A stretch of DNA of 64,000 nucleotides, taken from NCBI GenBank assembly GCA_973895155.1, contig OZ316896.1, forward strand, positions 23,406,967 to 23,470,966, in the 5' to 3' direction. Both the position numbers and the translations under genes were made by a program. Position 1 is the first letter of the stretch. The number at the start of each line of letters is the position of its first letter. This DNA is from Marsupella aquatica. Its lineage: Eukaryota > Plantae > Marchantiophyta. Below are positions 60,031-64,000 of the stretch, in pieces. Below the pieces are notes generated by a model. It was not told where the DNA came from and ran no database searches. It worked only from the letters and a program-made list of their open reading frames with translations.

Positions 60031-60077
60031 TACCTACGCTTCCGTTCTAACTTCATATCTCACGGCTTAAGAAATGC

Positions 60078-60095
60078 CCCCTCCATCTAGCGCCA
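60078..60095 (-). promoter_or_regulatory. Primer binding site, tRNA-Asn-like
   Basis: TGGCGCTAGATGGAGGGG; from memory, one mismatch to the 3' end of plant tRNA-Asn(GUU). Confidence 0.75.
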
Positions 60096-60099
60096 AAAA

Positions 60100-61014
60100 T
60101 GTGGTGCGTCCCATGGCTCCCTAAACCCAAGAAACCCCCCAGCTCAAGCCGATTCCCGCAGGTTTCGTGCTTGGCGAGGCCGTTTCCGCGGCTTAGCGGC
60201 ATGGGACGCTGCTAACCTTCTACTACTACTATTAACATTTTACACACATATACTGGACAGATCCTTCATCGGGTCATGAGATACGTAGCCGGCCTAATAT
60301 AGGCCTTCCCCTGTCTTCCCTTGTCTTCCCCTCCGTCTTGTTAGGTATGTTTGGATTCCGCCGCCGGAATGATCCCCAATAGGCTTGGTTAAGCCGCTAA
60401 GACCTCTCTCAGCTCGACACATCCAACTCTCACTCCCCTGCTTACTTTCCTTCCTTCTGTTGATGTGGGCACTCTTCACACAAGTTAATGCGACACACAA
60501 ATAGCAAAATGACTCATTCTGACTGAGTCATACCATGCACTTGCCATACAAACAGTACATCTCATACACAAGTTCTGCGAACTAAGCCGTGAGGCCAACT
60601 CTATTCAGCTCTTAGGCATGAGGAAACATGAATATACACAAGGGTCACTGTATGACTAACCGAGAGCTTCTCGTACTACTTGATCCCAACCCGGCTGGTG
60701 CAAACTAAAAACTTGCTAAAGAAGAGGCCCTGAGCTCCCCGCTGCCCAGGTACTTATCCTGGTAGTGGATCCGCCATTCTTTGCATCGTAAGCCTAATCT
60801 ACTTAACAGTAATCTACTTGCCCGAATCTACCTATGTACAGCAAGGCAGGAGCACAAGTGTTGCTCCTACCAGTGGGACCGCAATCCCACTAAGCTAAGT
60901 GTCAGGGCCGCTCCTGGTTCTGATCCTAATCCTAAACGTGGAGATCCGCGCCCGCCCTGCCCACTCACGCCTCCTCCCTCCACGTCCGCCCTCCCTAAAA
61001 GGAACGGCGCCCTT
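60100..61014 (-). repeat. U5-side 915 bp of the 5' LTR
   Basis: Matches 49240-50154; breaks after CCCTT. Confidence 0.95.
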
Positions 61015-64000
61015 TGTGATGCCTAGACAGGAATCACTCGGCCGGTTAAGTGGGTAAAGCAGGAAGGCACCCTAGGAACACCTTAGTATAGTGACAAAAC
61101 AAGGAAAATATAAACAATTAGGGGCAACCATGGAACCCGGGCAGAGGCCGGAGGTAAGGCTGAGGGTGAAAACCCGATTAGGGTTATGGCGCGTTAAGCG
61201 TCGGCGGCTAGGAAGGATCAACGGGAAGAAGGACCGGCAGAGGAGAGGGGTAAGGAGCGCTTGCAGGAGATGGTGGCTCATTTGCGAGCACGAACTAGGC
61301 AGACGACTACGGGAGGCCAACTACTGTCAGCTGCTTAGGCAAGCACTCAGGGAGAGAGTAGATACCGACGATCAACCTAAGGAGGGTATGAGCAACGTCA
61401 ATCAAGCGGCACATTTCTGGGGATGCCTGTTCGAACGGGCAACTGAGTACATCAAGACTTACGAGGACGAGGAGTCAGAAAGGGCAGCTCGAGAATGGCA
61501 GGAGCTCGCTCAATTGTGGGAGCTGCAGAAGACGGCTTTCTTAGGAGGCGAACTCATCAAGGACGAGTTCCTGTGGACGCCTACTTCCAATCAACTCGAC
61601 GATCTTCTGTTTTGCAAGGACAGCGTCGTCGGCATCCGAGAGGCCATCAAGAACTGCAACGACATACACTGGGAATTAAAGGGTAGCACGGAAAGGTGGA
61701 CCCAGGCAACGGTGCTAGGAGAAACCTCCACGGCAGCAGAGATGAAGAGGAAGGGAGCCGTCAACGATGAAGCCACCCCGGCAAAAAGAATGAGGTCGAC
61801 GGCACCAAAGAAGCCAGCCGAGCAGCAGAGCAGGAGGCAGGGAGAAGCCGAAGAGGAGGAGGTCGATCCCATCAAGGCCATTCCAACCAGGGATGACACC
61901 TGGAAGGGCTGGGCGGCAACCCTACCGGTGGAGGTGCAACTACATTTTGCACGGGAGGAGGATGCATGCTTTACGGCCATGCAGACCAAGAAGTACCAAG
62001 GCTTCATGGCCGGATCCGGCTTGGAGGCCTTTGTAAGATTACCATGGCTGAAGCCGGAGGTACCGGAGTCAGACCTATTAGAATTCGTGGGGTCATGGGA
62101 ACCCGAGACCAATTGCACGAGGATATATGGGAAGGATTTCTATCTTACTCCCAAGGTGATTGCCGAAGTGTTTGGCTTGCCGATGGGCAATAAGACCAAA
62201 GTTGATACCAGGAAGACCTTGCCTGACAAGGAGTTCCGGTCGTTCCCCGGGCCATCAACGAAGAATGGCTTCTTCCGGAACACCTGCACCAACCCGCACA
62301 TAGGAGAGATGATCGACTTCTTGCGGGTGACGATGCATTGTAACTTGCCGAGGGCAGAGATCGGCAAGGCACAGGTCTATATGGCAGAAAGGCCAGACCC
62401 AAGCCGGGACTACAACGGGTACCTCCTCAACCAATTGAAGAAGATCTTAAAGGAGGAGCAGCAGGTAATCGGCATGGGGAGCGTGTCGCGGCTTGGCTAT
62501 CACATGCCGCTGTTGTGCCGGTATGCCAGAGGTCAGACTTTTGCCCCGGTACTTCCCCTGCAGGTAAGGGCACCCGAGGAAGCTCCAACGCCGAGGCCGT
62601 TGGCTGAGAAGCCTCAACCACCTGTTAGTCCTACGATCAAGCAGGTGTTTAGGCCCAGGAAGGAAGACTTGCCGATGCAGCAACCAGGCATGCAGAGTCT
62701 GCTGAAACTACTGGAGAAAGAAAAGAAATCGGCATCGGCAACAACAACGGCAACGGCAACCATGCAGGACACTACTACAGAGGTAGGCCTACACCGGCTC
62801 ACAAGAGAAAACCCCTTTGTTGGAGACGAGAGAATCAGGCCGGAATCCAAGCCAGGTGTTCGAATGTACGTGGGAACCTCAAGCTCCGAATCTGAGGCAG
62901 AATTGCCTGAAGCTCCTACCGAGGAAGAGGAGAGGGAGAAGCCGGAAATCCAAGAGGTAGAGGAGGCAGTAGAGGACTGCAGCCATGATAATTCCGGCTA
63001 TGGGTCGGACCATCACGTTCCAGGAGTAAGGACCTGTGGCCGGTTTGTCCCCACACTTCCAAGGGTAGTGCGAGGGGACCCCAACCAGCAGAGTAGCCCT
63101 GAGTCTCCCCCACCAGATGTTGCTCCCCCGAGCTTCGACGGCATAAAACAGACGGTGCAGGAATTTCAGGAGCGAATCAAGCAGGAGGAAGAGGCCGCCC
63201 TGGCTAAGGAAAAGGATTTACCAGGAGGAGATTGGCCGGAGGACATCAGGCGGCTAGCCGAAAAAGGAAGCAAACCTCTAGCCACGATTGAAGAGATCCG
63301 CAGGACGGCTTGGGAGCAGAGGCCACGATGGGCGATGCCGATCACTTCTACTTACTCCACCTACGCTAAGAATAGAGCCATGGAGTATGGTGAGATGTGT
63401 GGGGAACTTGCGCTCGGCATCTTTGGAGAGGAGTTGGAGGTAGGACCCTTTTTCCATAGGGAGCAGTTGGAGAAGCACCAATTAGAAGAAGCGGTGGCTT
63501 TAGAGAGAAGCAAGAAGGACGAGGTCATTCGGCGGCTTAGGAGGATGGAAGCCGAGATTGAAGATCTAAGGGCGGCCAAGAAAGCCCAAGATGAACTGCG
63601 GATTAAACGACATGAGCTGAACATCATGCAGGGGCAGTTGGACGCCGCGCAGGCTGATAATCAGAATATCAAGGATAAACTGACTCAGACGCAGGAAGAG
63701 TTGGCCGACACGATCAAAGAAAGGGAAAAGTGGAAGCAAGAGCTGAAGAATACAGAGGAGGCCCACATAACAGCCAACAGCCGGGCCATGGCGGAGACCC
63801 AAAGAAAGGAATGGGCGTTGAAAGGGGAGCTCGAGAAAATCCGCGGAGCCCTTGAGCAAAAGGAGGTCGAGTTAGGGAAATCCTATCAAGGGATTATGGC
63901 GCTGCAGCAGGAGCTTGCGTCCCTGACGGCCAGCTTCAAGGCCGACCTAAGGGAGAAGGACGAGATGCTCGAACAGACTTACGCCAAGATGAACCAGATG
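61015..64000 (+). mobile_element. Family A LTR in opposite orientation, runs off the window
   Basis: Starts TGTGATGCCTAGACAGG; near-identical to the reverse complement of 50890-53875. Confidence 0.92.
61388..64000 (+). CDS. LTR-encoded protein, partial (appears open to the window end)
   Basis: MSNV start at 61388; colinear with 50161..53502, with a frame-preserving 3-nt deletion near 62828. Confidence 0.75.
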   Translation, partial: MSNVNQAAHFWGCLFERATEYIKTYEDEESERAAREWQELAQLWELQKTAFLGGELIKDEFLWTPTSNQLDDLLFCKDSVVGIREAIKNCNDIHWELKGSTERWTQATVLGETSTAAEMKRKGAVNDEATPAKRMRSTAPKKPAEQQSRRQGEAEEEEVDPIKAIPTRDDTWKGWAATLPVEVQLHFAREEDACFTAMQTKKYQGFMAGSGLEAFVRLPWLKPEVPESDLLEFVGSWEPETNCTRIYGKDFYLTPKVIAEVFGLPMGNKTKVDTRKTLPDKEFRSFPGPSTKNGFFRNTCTNPHIGEMIDFLRVTMHCNLPRAEIGKAQVYMAERPDPSRDYNGYLLNQLKKILKEEQQVIGMGSVSRLGYHMPLLCRYARGQTFAPVLPLQVRAPEEAPTPRPLAEKPQPPVSPTIKQVFRPRKEDLPMQQPGMQSLLKLLEKEKKSASATTTATATMQDTTTEVGLHRLTRENPFVGDERIRPESKPGVRMYVGTSSSESEAELPEAPTEEEEREKPEIQEVEEAVEDCSHDNSGYGSDHHVPGVRTCGRFVPTLPRVVRGDPNQQSSPESPPPDVAPPSFDGIKQTVQEFQERIKQEEEAALAKEKDLPGGDWPEDIRRLAEKGSKPLATIEEIRRTAWEQRPRWAMPITSTYSTYAKNRAMEYGEMCGELALGIFGEELEVGPFFHREQLEKHQLEEAVALERSKKDEVIRRLRRMEAEIEDLRAAKKAQDELRIKRHELNIMQGQLDAAQADNQNIKDKLTQTQEELADTIKEREKWKQELKNTEEAHITANSRAMAETQRKEWALKGELEKIRGALEQKEVELGKSYQGIMALQQELASLTASFKADLREKDEMLEQTYAKMNQM

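Larger units (their letters stand above)
49240..61014 (-). mobile_element. Young family A Ty3/Gypsy element with intact ORFs; 5' LTR interrupted at 61015
   Basis: 3' LTR 53875-49240, PPT, pol, gag-pro, PBS, 5' LTR from 60100. I saw only two differences between 49240-50154 and 60100-61014. Left flank GAAGG. Confidence 0.95.

Overview
Plant (probably moss/bryophyte-type) nuclear DNA. Two nests of Ty3/Gypsy non-chromovirus LTR retrotransposons (1-33.2 kb and 48.5-64 kb) flank a ~15-kb low-copy island holding a frameshifted PLS-DYW PPR gene and a two-exon SAM-like/REase-like/kinase (Crinkler-type) gene. The main result: the dominant family (A, subfamily A2) has ~4.65-kb LTRs that each contain a complete ~1,110-1,125-aa sense ORF with a PMD/Transposase_32-like domain, NLS-like motifs, a long coiled coil and no evident TM segment. 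TG...CA ends, PBS/PPT positions and 5-bp TSDs around solo LTRs place the gene wholly inside the LTR. A second family (B, 4.0-kb LTR) carries a distant homologue behind its own TATA box. Family A separates gag-protease from RT-RH-IN with a conserved G_GAU_UUU plus pseudoknot -1 frameshift signal and has a tRNA-Asn-like PBS. All seven LTR-element insertions visible here lie in LTR or LTR-ORF DNA of relatives, six of them antisense. Families A, B and C share a covarying U5 hairpin; B and C share a core-promoter motif. Family and domain assignments come from reading motifs by eye; no database searches were run.
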